Below are positions 24,341 through 34,709 of a stretch of 64,000 nucleotides of DNA, piece after piece. Each line of letters starts with the position of its first letter. Position 1 is the stretch's first letter. The DNA comes from Candidatus Nomurabacteria bacterium (lineage in GTDB: Bacteria; Patescibacteriota; Minisyncoccia; Phycocordibacterales; UBA9973). Under the pieces are notes generated by a model, which searched no databases, was not told where the DNA came from, and saw nothing but the letters and a program-made list of their open reading frames with translations. Made by a program: the position numbers and the translations under genes. The stretch spans positions 91,683 to 155,682 of the forward strand of contig CAWJHU010000003.1 in assembly GCA_963842815.1 (NCBI GenBank). The letters run 5' to 3'.

Positions 24341-25498
24341 TTATTCAAAGTCCAGCGATTTATTTTTTTCCAGCTTCACTGCGCCGTTTTTCTTCATACT
24401 GTCTATCAAATCCGAAAGTTTTATGGAAGCGATGCCTATATGCTTATCTCCCCCGCCATAATAAACCAAAAGCCTGCCATTTCTGACAACTGCCCCGCTG
24501 GCATAGATAATACCGGGCTTCCAGTCATTTTCATACCATTTGTCCGGTTCAAGAATAGGATGCTGCGCGCGATAAAGAACTTTTTGCGGGTCTTTCAAAT
24601 CAAGCAGAAGCGCTCCCAATTTGTAACGGCCCCCATCGTCTTTATCCATGGCATGATACAAAAGAAGCCAGCCATCTTCGGTTTTAATGGGCGGCGCTGC
24701 GGCGCTGCGGGTGCGTTTATGCCAAGCTACAATATGGTCCGGCAAGGACTGAGGGTCTGGAGCATCTTTCCCTTTGGGTGTTTCCGAAGTATCAAGTTTG
24801 TTTACAAAAACAATCCCGACTCGCGACGGGTCGCCTTTGTCTAGATTGTGGAAAATAGCGAACTTGCCGTTTATTTTTTCCGGAAATAAAACCCAGTTTT
24901 TTTGCCTGTCCCCTGAATGAGAAAGATAAGAAAAATTTTCCCAATTCCATTTTTTATCCAACAAATCTTTTTCTTTGATGGAAGTCACTGCCACCCGCAT
25001 GGAATCCCATCCGTTGAACATATTGAAGGTCATATACACATAGCCATCCATCAATACCGTGCGCGGGTCTTCACAACCTCCCCATCCCCCGCCGGAAGCA
25101 TAAATAGCCGTGTCATAGCGCGCCGGAGAAGTGAAAGGCCAATGTTTTTTCATCTCCTCCGCATTTTCCACAAAATATACCGGATAAAAAAGTCTCTGGT
25201 CAAAATTAATGCCATCTTTGCTGGAAGCATAGCCGATGCGGGATACCCCGTCTCCTCCAAGAGCTCGATAAAAAAGATGTACTCGTCCGCCAAAAGAAAT
25301 AGCCGCTGGATTGAAAACAGCCTGAGATTCCCATGAATAAGGTCTGGGCTCAATAATCGGGTTGCGAGAAGATCTTGTCAACTTCGTGATCTTAATTATT
25401 TTATTTGCTTTTAACTTTTTAGACGATTTAACAACTTTCCTAATTTTTTTAGTTTGCTTTTTGATTATTTTTTTTGGTTTTTTTAACGCTTTTACCAT
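24341..25498 (-). CDS. Glycoside hydrolase family 130-like protein with Lys-rich N-terminus
   Basis: FNPAA, GCEDPR, KNWVLFPEKING, YYGGGD; start reassigned to ATG 25498. Confidence 0.85.
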   Translation of the reverse strand: MVKALKKPKKIIKKQTKKIRKVVKSSKKLKANKIIKITKLTRSSRNPIIEPRPYSWESQAVFNPAAISFGGRVHLFYRALGGDGVSRIGYASSKDGINFDQRLFYPVYFVENAEEMKKHWPFTSPARYDTAIYASGGGWGGCEDPRTVLMDGYVYMTFNMFNGWDSMRVAVTSIKEKDLLDKKWNWENFSYLSHSGDRQKNWVLFPEKINGKFAIFHNLDKGDPSRVGIVFVNKLDTSETPKGKDAPDPQSLPDHIVAWHKRTRSAAAPPIKTEDGWLLLYHAMDKDDGGRYKLGALLLDLKDPQKVLYRAQHPILEPDKWYENDWKPGIIYASGAVVRNGRLLVYYGGGDKHIGIASIKLSDLIDSMKKNGAVKLEKNKSLDFE

Positions 25499-25558
25499 GG
25501 GATTAAGTCCAACCAATACACATAGAACATTATACCCCCAAAATGAGCTCCCAGCCAA

Positions 25559-26023
25559 TTATTTTTTGAGATTCTTAGAAAATTTCTTCACCAGTTCCGA
25601 CGAGCTTTGAACTTTACCACCAAAACCTATGTCATTTATTATTTTACACCCTATTTCTTCACAAACCAACACCTCGGGAGTTGGAATGTTTCCGCTATGG
25701 CGGTCTCCCCCTTTGGCAAAAATATGGGGACGAATAATGCGTAAGTCTTTGCTGATACTTATGTCTTTCGTACCCTTTTTATGACTGCTTATAACCACCC
25801 TATCCACCGCCTCAAATGCTTCAATAATTTCTTTTCGTTCATGTTCGGGCATAAAAACATATCCTTTTTTTAATTTCAGCCAATTATCGTTATTCAATAA
25901 AACCACCAGTTCATCACCCAGTTTTTTCGCTTCATTAAACATCCGCACATGGCCGATATGCACCGGATCAAATCCCCCGCTGACCACCACTATTTTCTTT
26001 TTCTTTTTGGGCTTAGAATTCAT
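25559..26023 (-). CDS. Cytidylyltransferase-family (HIGH motif) protein
   Basis: SGGFDPVHIGH, ERKEII, KGGD, SSS. Confidence 0.88.
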   Translation of the reverse strand: MNSKPKKKKKIVVVSGGFDPVHIGHVRMFNEAKKLGDELVVLLNNDNWLKLKKGYVFMPEHERKEIIEAFEAVDRVVISSHKKGTKDISISKDLRIIRPHIFAKGGDRHSGNIPTPEVLVCEEIGCKIINDIGFGGKVQSSSELVKKFSKNLKK

Positions 26024-26067
26024 CCAATAATTATACCAAAAAATAATAAATCTGGTATAATTTATTT

Positions 26068-26490
26068 ATGTATATAATTTATGCATTATTGGGGGCAATT
26101 ATGGCCAGTGCCGGGACGATTTTTGCCAAGCTCGGACTTAAAGGAGTAGACGCCGATTTGCTGACAGCTATCCGCGGAATTGTGATGGCTATTATTGTTT
26201 CTATCGCCGCATTGTCTTTCGGAAAACTTACAATGGCGTCAATGTCGGCGCTTTCCGGCAAACAATGGCTTTTTGTAATTCTCTCCGGTTTGGGTGGAGC
26301 TTTGTCCTGGATTTTCTTTTATCAAGCTTTGTCTGTGGGCCCGACAATTGCCGTGACGGTTATTGATAGGTTATCCATTGTCTTTACCGCCATTCTTGCA
26401 TTTTTGGTTTTGACGGAAAGTATTACTCTCCAAACCGGGTTGGGGCTTCTACTGGTGGTGGCGGGAGTGTTGCTTGTCGCTATTCACTAA
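26068..26490 (+). CDS. EamA-family small multi-TM transporter
   Basis: Hydrophobic; IFAKLGLKGVD, LSWIFFYQAL, IDRLS. Confidence 0.85.
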   Translation: MYIIYALLGAIMASAGTIFAKLGLKGVDADLLTAIRGIVMAIIVSIAALSFGKLTMASMSALSGKQWLFVILSGLGGALSWIFFYQALSVGPTIAVTVIDRLSIVFTAILAFLVLTESITLQTGLGLLLVVAGVLLVAIH

Positions 26491-26492
26491 GG

Positions 26493-26603
26493 AAAAAATA
26501 AAAATGAACTTTTTAAGGGGTTTGGCGAGCGACGGCGAGCCAATTTCAGGATTTTTTAAGCTTCAAAAAATCCGTACCGGCAAAAAGTTCATTTTTATTT
26601 TTT
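26493..26603. repeat. Structured element bounded by a perfect 22-bp inverted repeat
   Basis: AAAAAATAAAAATGAACTTTTT (26493-26514) / AAAAAGTTCATTTTTATTTTTT (26582-26603) around two internal hairpins. Confidence 0.8.
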
Positions 26604-26608
26604 ATAAT

Positions 26609-27283
26609 TTATTTTAATAAAAACTGCACGGTAGAAACCAGGCGAACTTTTTTATATTCTGGCGAACCTGGGTCTTTGTCGGTAATATCAAACACTCCTT
26701 GACTTCCGCGATGCAAACTACCCAGACTGGAACCTGATTCCTGGGCGATTTTTTCAGCCGTATCTTTCGCATTGCTCAGAGCTTCCGCCAGCATTTCCGG
26801 CTTAACGCTATTAATGTCGGAAATCTCAAAATTAATATCATTCTGGCTCATGGTTATGCCCTGCTTCACTAAAAATAAGGTGTCCTTGGAAACGGATTTA
26901 ACCAAATCAACTTTCTTGGTATAAACAGAAAGTTGCGTGCTAGAGTTGTATCTGAAGAGCGAATCTTTGTAGGTATCTTGATATATATTTACCGGCGCAA
27001 CATTTATTTCGGAAGCGTCAAAACCTTTATCCGTCAGAAACTTCTGAATTATTGAAACATTTTTTTGAATATTGGCATACAAAGAATCAACATCATTTGA
27101 TTTGACATCAAAGGTCATGGACCAAATAGCCGTGTCCGCTTTCACTATTTTTTCCGACAATCCTTTCACTTCCACATAGGAAAGCTGTTTGGAAAAATTC
27201 TGGGCAGAGACAAAAACAACGGCTGAAAAAATTAATACTGATAAAACAATAACTCCAAGACTATATTTTTTTATGTTTTCCAT
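26609..27283 (-). CDS. SIMPL/DUF541-domain protein
   Basis: VEVKGLSEKIVKADTAIW, KPEMLAEA, KKVRLVSTVQF. Confidence 0.8.
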   Translation of the reverse strand: MENIKKYSLGVIVLSVLIFSAVVFVSAQNFSKQLSYVEVKGLSEKIVKADTAIWSMTFDVKSNDVDSLYANIQKNVSIIQKFLTDKGFDASEINVAPVNIYQDTYKDSLFRYNSSTQLSVYTKKVDLVKSVSKDTLFLVKQGITMSQNDINFEISDINSVKPEMLAEALSNAKDTAEKIAQESGSSLGSLHRGSQGVFDITDKDPGSPEYKKVRLVSTVQFLLK

Positions 27284-27319
27284 AGTATTTATATTATAGC
27301 ACGCTGATAAAATTTCTTG

Positions 27320-27769
27320 CTACTGCTTTTTTTGCTCCAAATCCTTTTCAAGATTATCCAAATGCTGGGATATTTCTTTCACTTCTTTGCCTATTTCTTC
27401 AATGGTTTCTTTTTCCGTTTTGACTTCTTTTTCCGTCTTTTCTTCTATTTTTTTCTCTCCCTTCAGGCCGGAAATTATGGCTTCGCTCCCGAGAAAATCC
27501 AGAACAAATAGGCCGGTGGACAGAAGCAGAACACTACCGACAACAATGGACAAGGGCCCGTCCCACCAGGGGAGATTGCCCAGATTAATGGAACCGCTCT
27601 GCTGAAAAGAAAAAATAATCTGAGTAATAAAATCCGCCGTATGCCAGATACCCCGCCAAAAGATAACTACCCCTACTCCACCCACGCAGGCGTAGGCAAC
27701 AGGATAATGGCTCAATTTTGCTCTGACTTTATTTTCGGTTCTGTCAAAAAAATCGTATATGGATTTCAT
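27320..27769 (-). CDS. Hypothetical membrane protein with C-terminal coiled coil
   Basis: Two TM segments (FWRGIWH), charged tail. Confidence 0.7.
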   Translation of the reverse strand: MKSIYDFFDRTENKVRAKLSHYPVAYACVGGVGVVIFWRGIWHTADFITQIIFSFQQSGSINLGNLPWWDGPLSIVVGSVLLLSTGLFVLDFLGSEAIISGLKGEKKIEEKTEKEVKTEKETIEEIGKEVKEISQHLDNLEKDLEQKKQ

Positions 27770-27796
27770 ATTTTGATTGTATCAGAAATATAATTT

Positions 27797-28534
27797 TTAT
27801 TCTATCTGCTTGGCAATTTTATCGACTAGCTCGTAATATTCTCCGGACCTTTCATCCCGAGGCCTTGCCATTTTTACTTCAAAAACATCTTTGACAAAAG
27901 TGGGCCTGGGGGCAAAAACAAAAATTCTGTCGGAAAGTTCCACCGCTTCTTCCACCAAATGGGTAACCATAACCACGGTCATTTTGTATTTTTGCCAGAT
28001 ATGCAAAAGTTCGGCGCGCAATTTTTCGGCCGTCAAAATATCCAGGCTGGAAAACGGCTCATCCATCAATAAAATATCCGGATTGACGGCCAGAGCTCTG
28101 GCAATGCCAACCCTCTGCTTCATCCCGCCGGAAAGTTCAATGGGGTATTTATTTTCAAAACTCAGGAGTCCGACTTCTTCAATTTTTTTCAAGGCGATTT
28201 TGCTTCTTTCCTTTTTGGAAACTCCTTCCATTTTCAAGCCGAACTCAATATTTTCCTTAACCGTGAGCCATGGAAAGAGGGCGAAATTTTGAAAAACCAT
28301 AGCAATTTTTTTTGTTTTGGAAGCAACTTTCCCCTTTTTTGCTTTGATTAGGCCCGAAAGAATTCTTAAAATAGTTGATTTTCCACATCCGGACGGCCCC
28401 ACCAAAGAAACAAACTCTCCCACATACACATCCATTGAAATATTTTTTAAAACATTCAGATACTCGCCGGATTCTTCATTGAAGAATGTGTAGGAAAGAT
28501 TTGAAGTTGAAATAATTGTTTCTTTATTCTCCAT
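27797..28534 (-). CDS. ABC transporter ATP-binding protein, NitT/TauT type
   Basis: GPSGCGKS, VFQNFALFPW, LSGGMKQR, LLMDEPF. Confidence 0.92.
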   Translation of the reverse strand: MENKETIISTSNLSYTFFNEESGEYLNVLKNISMDVYVGEFVSLVGPSGCGKSTILRILSGLIKAKKGKVASKTKKIAMVFQNFALFPWLTVKENIEFGLKMEGVSKKERSKIALKKIEEVGLLSFENKYPIELSGGMKQRVGIARALAVNPDILLMDEPFSSLDILTAEKLRAELLHIWQKYKMTVVMVTHLVEEAVELSDRIFVFAPRPTFVKDVFEVKMARPRDERSGEYYELVDKIAKQIE

Positions 28535-29252
28535 ATAATTGTGATTTTTTTAGCAGAGGCATCCAGACTAATCTATTAATCAAAAACACCACCAAAAGCA
28601 GGGCTGAAATGCCTAAAATTAAAGTTTTATCGTAACCGCCGGCGCTGGAATTATTCAAAAAAGGGCCGATGCCGGTGGAAAGACCGATTATTTCCACTCC
28701 GATGATGGCTTCCCAGCCGATGCTGAAACCAACGATGGAACCGGTAACGATTGAAGGAAAAGCCACAAGCAAGGAAAAAAACAGCACTTTCTTCAGACCC
28801 CGGGCCCCGAATATTTTGGAGGCATCTTCTTCATCTTTTTGGACCGTTTTCAGGGCATGCAACATATAAAAAAGAATCGGCCACAAAATGGAAGTGGCGG
28901 CAAAAATTATGGTCATCAAATTGGTATAGCCCAGCCAGAGAACGAAAATAGGAATCAGGGCAAAGGACGGAAGATTCTGCATCAAATCAAAAACGGGAAT
29001 TAAAGAGTCGCCGATTTTGTTATTGCTGATTGAAACAGCGATAATTACGGCAAGAACCAGAGAAATGAAATAAGCGACAACCAAGCGAAATAAAGAAAGA
29101 GCCAGGGCTTCCACCAAAAGTGGAAAAGAATTGCCCGCCGAAATGCTGATGGTTAGAATCATCACTAAAATAATAAACAGAATCAGTCCGGTAGTTATTT
29201 TTTTATGTTTTCTTTTTTTGGTTAAATGAAAACCGTGAATTATCCTGACCAT
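28524..29252 (-). CDS. ABC transporter permease, NitT/TauT type
   Basis: Multi-TM; QNLPSFA, ASKIFGA (EAA-like loop); coupled to the ATPase. Confidence 0.85.
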   Translation of the reverse strand: MVRIIHGFHLTKKRKHKKITTGLILFIILVMILTISISAGNSFPLLVEALALSLFRLVVAYFISLVLAVIIAVSISNNKIGDSLIPVFDLMQNLPSFALIPIFVLWLGYTNLMTIIFAATSILWPILFYMLHALKTVQKDEEDASKIFGARGLKKVLFFSLLVAFPSIVTGSIVGFSIGWEAIIGVEIIGLSTGIGPFLNNSSAGGYDKTLILGISALLLVVFLINRLVWMPLLKKSQLYGE

Positions 29253-29296
29253 AGGCTTATTATAGCAGGAATATAAAGGCAAAACAAAAAGAGATT

Positions 29297-30280
29297 TTAT
29301 TTATTTTCCTTTGAATAGTCCAAACTCTGGGTAGTGAACATCCCCCGATAACTCAAATAATAATTGGCGATAAATATTGCTCCGACAATGGCCAGTACGA
29401 TTAGTCCGTTGGTTATCAGGCGGAGATGATAATTTTTCATTTTGATAAAAAGATAAAGAAGTAGGGCCACGGCGATTATACCGAAAACAACGAAAAGAAT
29501 TATATTGGTGGTATTGCGGGGAGAAGCCAGAAGTTTCTGCCAGAAAGTGGGATTTTGAATCGGATTGACCAAAACATTGGAAGCATTTTGTTCCGTTAGG
29601 GCGATGGTCTGCGCTCCGAGAACATTGGTTGATTCTTTGCCGGTAGCCACGCTAGGCGTTTTTGATTTTGTGTTTGTATTGGTTTTTGCCGGCACGATTT
29701 GTTTAACAGGAGCGACAAAAGGATTGGCATAAATTTGCGCCACAAAAACCGTTTCCCTTCCCTGATATAAGCCACTAGCGATGCCTGTGCCGATTTCCGT
29801 GTAATTTTCTTTGACAATATTTGCTTTGTGCGTCGGGCTGTTCATCCAGGCATTGGTAACGTCTATGGAATCGGTAAAATTGATGGCCAAATTTTCTCCG
29901 GCATATTGATAGTTATAGCCCACTTGGTCTAACCAATACCAGGGAGTTTTTCCTGTCGGACTGGTATGGGCAAAATAACCATTGGTGGCCATATCTTCCG
30001 CTTTCATTTCGGCCGCTTTATTTAAAATCGGACTGACGGTAAGAACCTGAAGGTTGTCCGCCTTGCGTTCCTGGTTGGTAAGGTCAGCTAAAACAGCCGG
30101 CAAAACTGCCGCCATCCCGCCCGAAATGTTCAGACGAGTAAAAGTCGGGATTAAAAAAGTAAATATTTCCAAAAGAATGACAGCGATGACGATGTTCTGT
30201 ATGCTGGAATCGCGCAAAATGTGCGGACGGTGCTCGTTGCCTTCGTGCGGAATAAAATGTTTTTTAAGCCAATGAAACAT
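29297..30280 (-). CDS. CAP/SCP-domain membrane protein
   Basis: YFAHTSP, AGENLA, WMNSPTHKANI. Confidence 0.88.
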   Translation of the reverse strand: MFHWLKKHFIPHEGNEHRPHILRDSSIQNIVIAVILLEIFTFLIPTFTRLNISGGMAAVLPAVLADLTNQERKADNLQVLTVSPILNKAAEMKAEDMATNGYFAHTSPTGKTPWYWLDQVGYNYQYAGENLAINFTDSIDVTNAWMNSPTHKANIVKENYTEIGTGIASGLYQGRETVFVAQIYANPFVAPVKQIVPAKTNTNTKSKTPSVATGKESTNVLGAQTIALTEQNASNVLVNPIQNPTFWQKLLASPRNTTNIILFVVFGIIAVALLLYLFIKMKNYHLRLITNGLIVLAIVGAIFIANYYLSYRGMFTTQSLDYSKENK

Positions 30281-30296
30281 TGGTATATTATATACA

Positions 30297-30329
30297 ATAA
30301 AACCCTATTTGTAAAGATAGGGTTTTATT
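30297..30329. terminator. Intrinsic terminator-like hairpin at the 3' end of the RhuM/Fic gene
   Basis: ATAAAACCCTAT...ATAGGGTTTTAT. Confidence 0.6.
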
Positions 30330-31293
30330 TTAGTAATTGCGTAACCAACGCAACTATTTGGTCTTTCTTTTTAGGATCACTTTCGGCAACAAGAAGTGCA
30401 AGCGCAGTCAGGGTTGCGGGATTAATATTTCTAAATCCTTTTGTCTTTGTTTTTCTCAAAAACCATACAAAAGCAAAAGCGCCAGAGCGTTTATTCCCAT
30501 CTAAAAATGGATGCCCTTTGGCTATAAAATACAAAAGGTGCGCCGCTTTTTCTTCTATGGTTTTATAAAGCGGTTTGCCTCCGAATGTTTGCATTATATT
30601 TCCTACGATTCCTTCTATGCTTCCTTTTTCCCTCTCGGTTGCAAATAATTCCGTAGTCTCTTTTTTCTGTATTAGCTCTTTTTTTAAATTTAAAATTGCG
30701 GAAAATAACTCATCGCTTTTTAATTTTATATTTTTTTTATTAACGCCTTTTATTTTGAGCGTTTCTTTATCATAGGCATCAAGAGAAATCCAAGTACTGG
30801 CAAATTCCTTAACAAGGTCTAAAACCGCTCCGGGGTCAAAAGCAATATGTTCCGGCAGTAAATTTTGAACACTGGCGACAGTTTGCATAAAAGAATCGTA
30901 ATTTTGGGCTATTTGCCTGCGATTTATTGTATAACCCTTGGTTATATGTTCTCGCAAAGTTTTTGTCGCCCACTGTCTGAAAACTATAGCTATTTTTGAA
31001 TTTGTTCTATAACCAACCGATAAAATAACATCCAGATTATAATATTGAACCTGGTATGTTTTACCATCATTCGCAGTATGTGCAAATTTTGCACATACTG
31101 AATTTTCTTCAAGCTCTTTATCTTTTAATATATTTCTTATGTGTTTTGTTATTACCGAGCGCTCAACATCAAAAAGCTCTGAGACTTGGTTTTGTGTAGC
31201 CCATATTGTTTCATTCTTCATATCCCCGCGAAATTCTATCGCGCCATTTTTTGCTTGGTATATAATTATTTTATTATTGTTTATTCTTTTCAC
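30325..31293 (-). CDS. RhuM-like N-terminal domain plus Fic/Doc domain protein
   Basis: ETIWATQ...YNLDVILSVGYR...FRQWAT; HPFLDGNKRSG (Doc-type Fic motif). Confidence 0.88.
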   Translation of the reverse strand: MKRINNNKIIIYQAKNGAIEFRGDMKNETIWATQNQVSELFDVERSVITKHIRNILKDKELEENSVCAKFAHTANDGKTYQVQYYNLDVILSVGYRTNSKIAIVFRQWATKTLREHITKGYTINRRQIAQNYDSFMQTVASVQNLLPEHIAFDPGAVLDLVKEFASTWISLDAYDKETLKIKGVNKKNIKLKSDELFSAILNLKKELIQKKETTELFATEREKGSIEGIVGNIMQTFGGKPLYKTIEEKAAHLLYFIAKGHPFLDGNKRSGAFAFVWFLRKTKTKGFRNINPATLTALALLVAESDPKKKDQIVALVTQLLK

Positions 31294-31309
31294 TCTTTAA
31301 TTATAACAT

Positions 31310-31344
31310 AAAAAAACACCCCGATTTAAATCGAGGTGTTTTTT
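31310..31344 (-). terminator. Intrinsic terminator
   Basis: AAAAAACACC-CCGATTTAAATCGA-GGTGTTTTTT after the 31364 stop. Confidence 0.7.
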
Positions 31345-31363
31345 ATTTATTAGTTTATAAAAT

Positions 31364-33721
31364 TTATTTATTCAAGACCGCCCTGGTTACGGGACCGACT
31401 CTGCCATCTATCTTGAGTGGAGGATTTGCTTTTTGATAAGCCTTCACCGCCGTTCTTGTGGCAGAACCAAAGTATCCGGTAGTTTTTCCGTGGAAGAATC
31501 CTTCGGTGGTCAAACGATTCTGCAATTCCAGAACATCATTGATTTTCATCCCAAATTTCAAATCAATGTTGAATTTGAAATTCTCCGCGCCGAGAACTTC
31601 CCCGGTTGGAGCTGGTGGAGTCAGTGGAATAATTGCCAATCCATTTCCGCCATTTTCATTGCCATTGCCTGAATTTCCACCGCCGTTTGAACCTTCATTG
31701 CCACTTGAACCTCCTCCATTATTGGAACCTGTTCCTCCTGTTGTGCCTCCCGTTGGAGTTTCATTTATGTCTCCTCGGATACCACCGCCTCCACTAGACC
31801 CCATAACAACTACGCCTCTGGTTATGGATGCAGTATTTCCGGCTGAATCGGTAGCACTATAGGTAACCGTATAAACTCCAGCAGTGCTGGTATCTACATT
31901 GCTGACAGGATCACCTACTAATGTTCCATCGATATTAGTATCGCCTGAAACTGCGTCGATTTTTGCACCCTCCTCTATGTAAGTGCCCCCCACGTGAAGT
32001 ATCGTTGGATTATCGGGATTTATAATAATAACTGGGGCAGTATTATCAACTGTTACTGAAATTGAAGATGAATCCGCACAATTCCCAACATTATCGCAAG
32101 CAGTAACCCAAAGATTATGAGAACCATCTGCTACTGAAGTAGTATCCCAAGCAATCGAATATGGAGAGCCGATTGTACTTTCTCCTATTTTTTCACCAAC
32201 TGGACTTGATGAGTGCCAAAATTCAACTTTTGCTACACCAGAACCAGCATCAGAAACGTCAGCGGAAATAACAATTGTTCCTCTTAAATAACTATCTACT
32301 GATGGCGAAGTGACAGAAGAACTTGGAGCCGTGGTATCTATATTTGAAACGGTTGCTGTTGCACTTCCCGTATTACCAGCTGAATCTGTAAATTCAAATG
32401 TAAATGATCCATTAGCAGAAAAGATATAACTATTGGACCCATCGTTGTTTGTAACTGTTCCATCACTAAGAGTTATTGTTGCGGTGACATTTTGGTTTGT
32501 CGGAGCTGTTGTTGAATAATCTATGCTTGCAACTGGAGCCGTTCTATCAATCCCCGCAATAGCATTGGACATATTGTAAGTGGTGTTGGTTGCGACATCA
32601 ACTGCTTTATAACAAATCTTCGTACCATTATCAGATTCTGATATGAAAGTTTGATTTGAATAATCTGAAAAAACTAAAGAAGAACCACAAACTGAACCAG
32701 TAGTACCAGTAGTATTACTCATCGTTAAAGTTCCTTCAGTTGTGAAGGCTGTCACTGTTTTTGATTGAGCTGGATTTGTGTCTGGGTTAGTTATTGTGAT
32801 TGTTGGAGCAATTTTGTCGATATTTGAAACAGTTGCTGTTGCGCTTCCTGTATTCCCTGCTAAATCTCTCAAATTAAACGTGAATAACCCGTTGGCAGAA
32901 AAAACATAGGCATTAGATCCGCCATTGTTTGTGATGATTCCGGGTTCGCTGAGAGTTATTGTTGCAGTGACATTCTGATTCGTCGGAGCGGTTGTTGAAT
33001 ATGCTACAGTCGCCGTTGGTGGAGTAATATCAATGTTTATTGGATGCGCAGACACAACTACTGCTTTATTATGAGATGCATCTTCTCCGTAAGCGCAAAT
33101 GAATTTTCCATTTTTGCTTTCATCTGTTATGGAAAATCCTCCAGTATAATTTGAAAAACCAGATATATTAACAGAAGTTGTGCAAATTCCAGCAGAAGCA
33201 ACGTATCCATATTTTTCTACAGTTGCATCACCGAAACTTATTGCAATAAAATCTGACATAACCGGCCCAGACGCAACATCATTGGTAAATGATAAAGTTG
33301 GCGGAGTGGTATCATGAACAACTATAGTTTGGCAAGATGAGACAGATTTTTGATATGAATGATCCCCCACATGGTAAGCCCAAAATTTATAGGTGTCAGC
33401 AGATGAAGGTGCAGTAAACGTTCCACTAAAAGATCCTCCTGCGGTTGTTGTAACAGTCTGTATTAATGTTCCTGCATTTTCATTGTCTCCCGATGGGCAT
33501 GAGGTGTCATAGTGTAATTCAACAGTACGGCCTGATATACCTACGGACCCTGATTTAATAACCCCAGAAAATGAAACACCTGATTGTCCTGTTGTTAACG
33601 GAGTAGAAATAGAATATAAAGTTGTTGTTGTTCCAAAAGCCGCAAACGCTGTTGGGGCATTAAAAACAAGCATGCCCAAGGCAAGAACCAAAATTGAACC
33701 AATAGAAAAGTATTTCTTCAT
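31364..33721 (-). CDS. Secreted Ig-like repeat protein with Gly-rich linker and C-terminal peptidoglycan-binding domain
   Basis: DTTPP/DxAGN Ig repeats, duplicated YSTTAPTNQNVTATITLS, C-terminal LQNRL...TGYFG...AVKAYQ...DGRVGP. Confidence 0.82.
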   Translation of the reverse strand: MKKYFSIGSILVLALGMLVFNAPTAFAAFGTTTTLYSISTPLTTGQSGVSFSGVIKSGSVGISGRTVELHYDTSCPSGDNENAGTLIQTVTTTAGGSFSGTFTAPSSADTYKFWAYHVGDHSYQKSVSSCQTIVVHDTTPPTLSFTNDVASGPVMSDFIAISFGDATVEKYGYVASAGICTTSVNISGFSNYTGGFSITDESKNGKFICAYGEDASHNKAVVVSAHPINIDITPPTATVAYSTTAPTNQNVTATITLSEPGIITNNGGSNAYVFSANGLFTFNLRDLAGNTGSATATVSNIDKIAPTITITNPDTNPAQSKTVTAFTTEGTLTMSNTTGTTGSVCGSSLVFSDYSNQTFISESDNGTKICYKAVDVATNTTYNMSNAIAGIDRTAPVASIDYSTTAPTNQNVTATITLSDGTVTNNDGSNSYIFSANGSFTFEFTDSAGNTGSATATVSNIDTTAPSSSVTSPSVDSYLRGTIVISADVSDAGSGVAKVEFWHSSSPVGEKIGESTIGSPYSIAWDTTSVADGSHNLWVTACDNVGNCADSSSISVTVDNTAPVIIINPDNPTILHVGGTYIEEGAKIDAVSGDTNIDGTLVGDPVSNVDTSTAGVYTVTYSATDSAGNTASITRGVVVMGSSGGGGIRGDINETPTGGTTGGTGSNNGGGSSGNEGSNGGGNSGNGNENGGNGLAIIPLTPPAPTGEVLGAENFKFNIDLKFGMKINDVLELQNRLTTEGFFHGKTTGYFGSATRTAVKAYQKANPPLKIDGRVGPVTRAVLNK

Positions 33722-33947
33722 AAAAATAATTTTTTAATTAATAATAATGTTAATTTATATACATATTTGATAAGCAATCGACTAAAATTTGCCTATCTTG
33801 ATTAATTTATAATTTGATTGTATATTACATCTGTTTAAAAATATGTCAATAGAAAAAGTGCATATTCTGTGAACAATGAAAAACCCTAAAACAGCCTTGT
33901 AATTTAAGGCCCAAATAACGCTTCATGAAGATTTGCTCTTTTTTTAT

Positions 33948-34709
33948 TTAGTTGAAGGAGAGCTGATTACGCATTTCCCGCTCAAGTGTTTGAGAGAAAT
34001 CACGAATAATAGATTGTTGTCCTGAAGGTAAAAATGTTCCAAGTTCGCCTTGAAAATCAATTTGTCGAGAACTGGCAATAATTTCCTCCGCAATTTTGCC
34101 AAGACGCGCCTTTTGGTCCGGCAATAGCATTCCTTTGCGCATTATAAAATACAAATCATAATAATCACGGGGCTTTTTTCGTTTAAGCAAAGCATCAAAT
34201 ATTTTTTCATTAACTATCTCTTCCTGTGGCAAATGGTAAAGCGTATAAGTCGGCACAAAATTATTCGCGATACTATCCACTTCTCCACGGACACTATTTT
34301 CGTTATGGGCTTGTACATTTATTTCTATGTTAATAGGAGAATAATTATTAAAACGAAGAGTCGCAAGACCAAAATATCCTCCTGAGGTCGGAGTTGATTT
34401 GCCACTTAGATCTACATGGATACCAGTACTTTCAAGTTTTGCTAGAACATTCATAAATAAATCATCAATAAATGAACCAACCTCATTGGATAATACTCCA
34501 AATAATGAAAAATCCAAATCTTCTGAAAATCGAGGAGAACCATAAACAATACGAAGGGCTGTGCCACCCTTAAAGAGCAACTTTTCCGACCCTTGGAGTT
34601 GATATAATTCGGTAAGAAATAAATGTTGTACATATTCGCGGACAACATTTGGGAATACGCTTGTTTGTTCTTTTCTAGCAATTGTTTCCAATAATTCTGG
34701 TTCTATCAT
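33948..34709 (-). CDS. AbiEii nucleotidyltransferase toxin (type IV TA)
   Basis: FKGGTALR, RFSEDLDFS, EK...RKKPRDYYDL. Confidence 0.9.
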   Translation of the reverse strand: MIEPELLETIARKEQTSVFPNVVREYVQHLFLTELYQLQGSEKLLFKGGTALRIVYGSPRFSEDLDFSLFGVLSNEVGSFIDDLFMNVLAKLESTGIHVDLSGKSTPTSGGYFGLATLRFNNYSPINIEINVQAHNENSVRGEVDSIANNFVPTYTLYHLPQEEIVNEKIFDALLKRKKPRDYYDLYFIMRKGMLLPDQKARLGKIAEEIIASSRQIDFQGELGTFLPSGQQSIIRDFSQTLEREMRNQLSFN

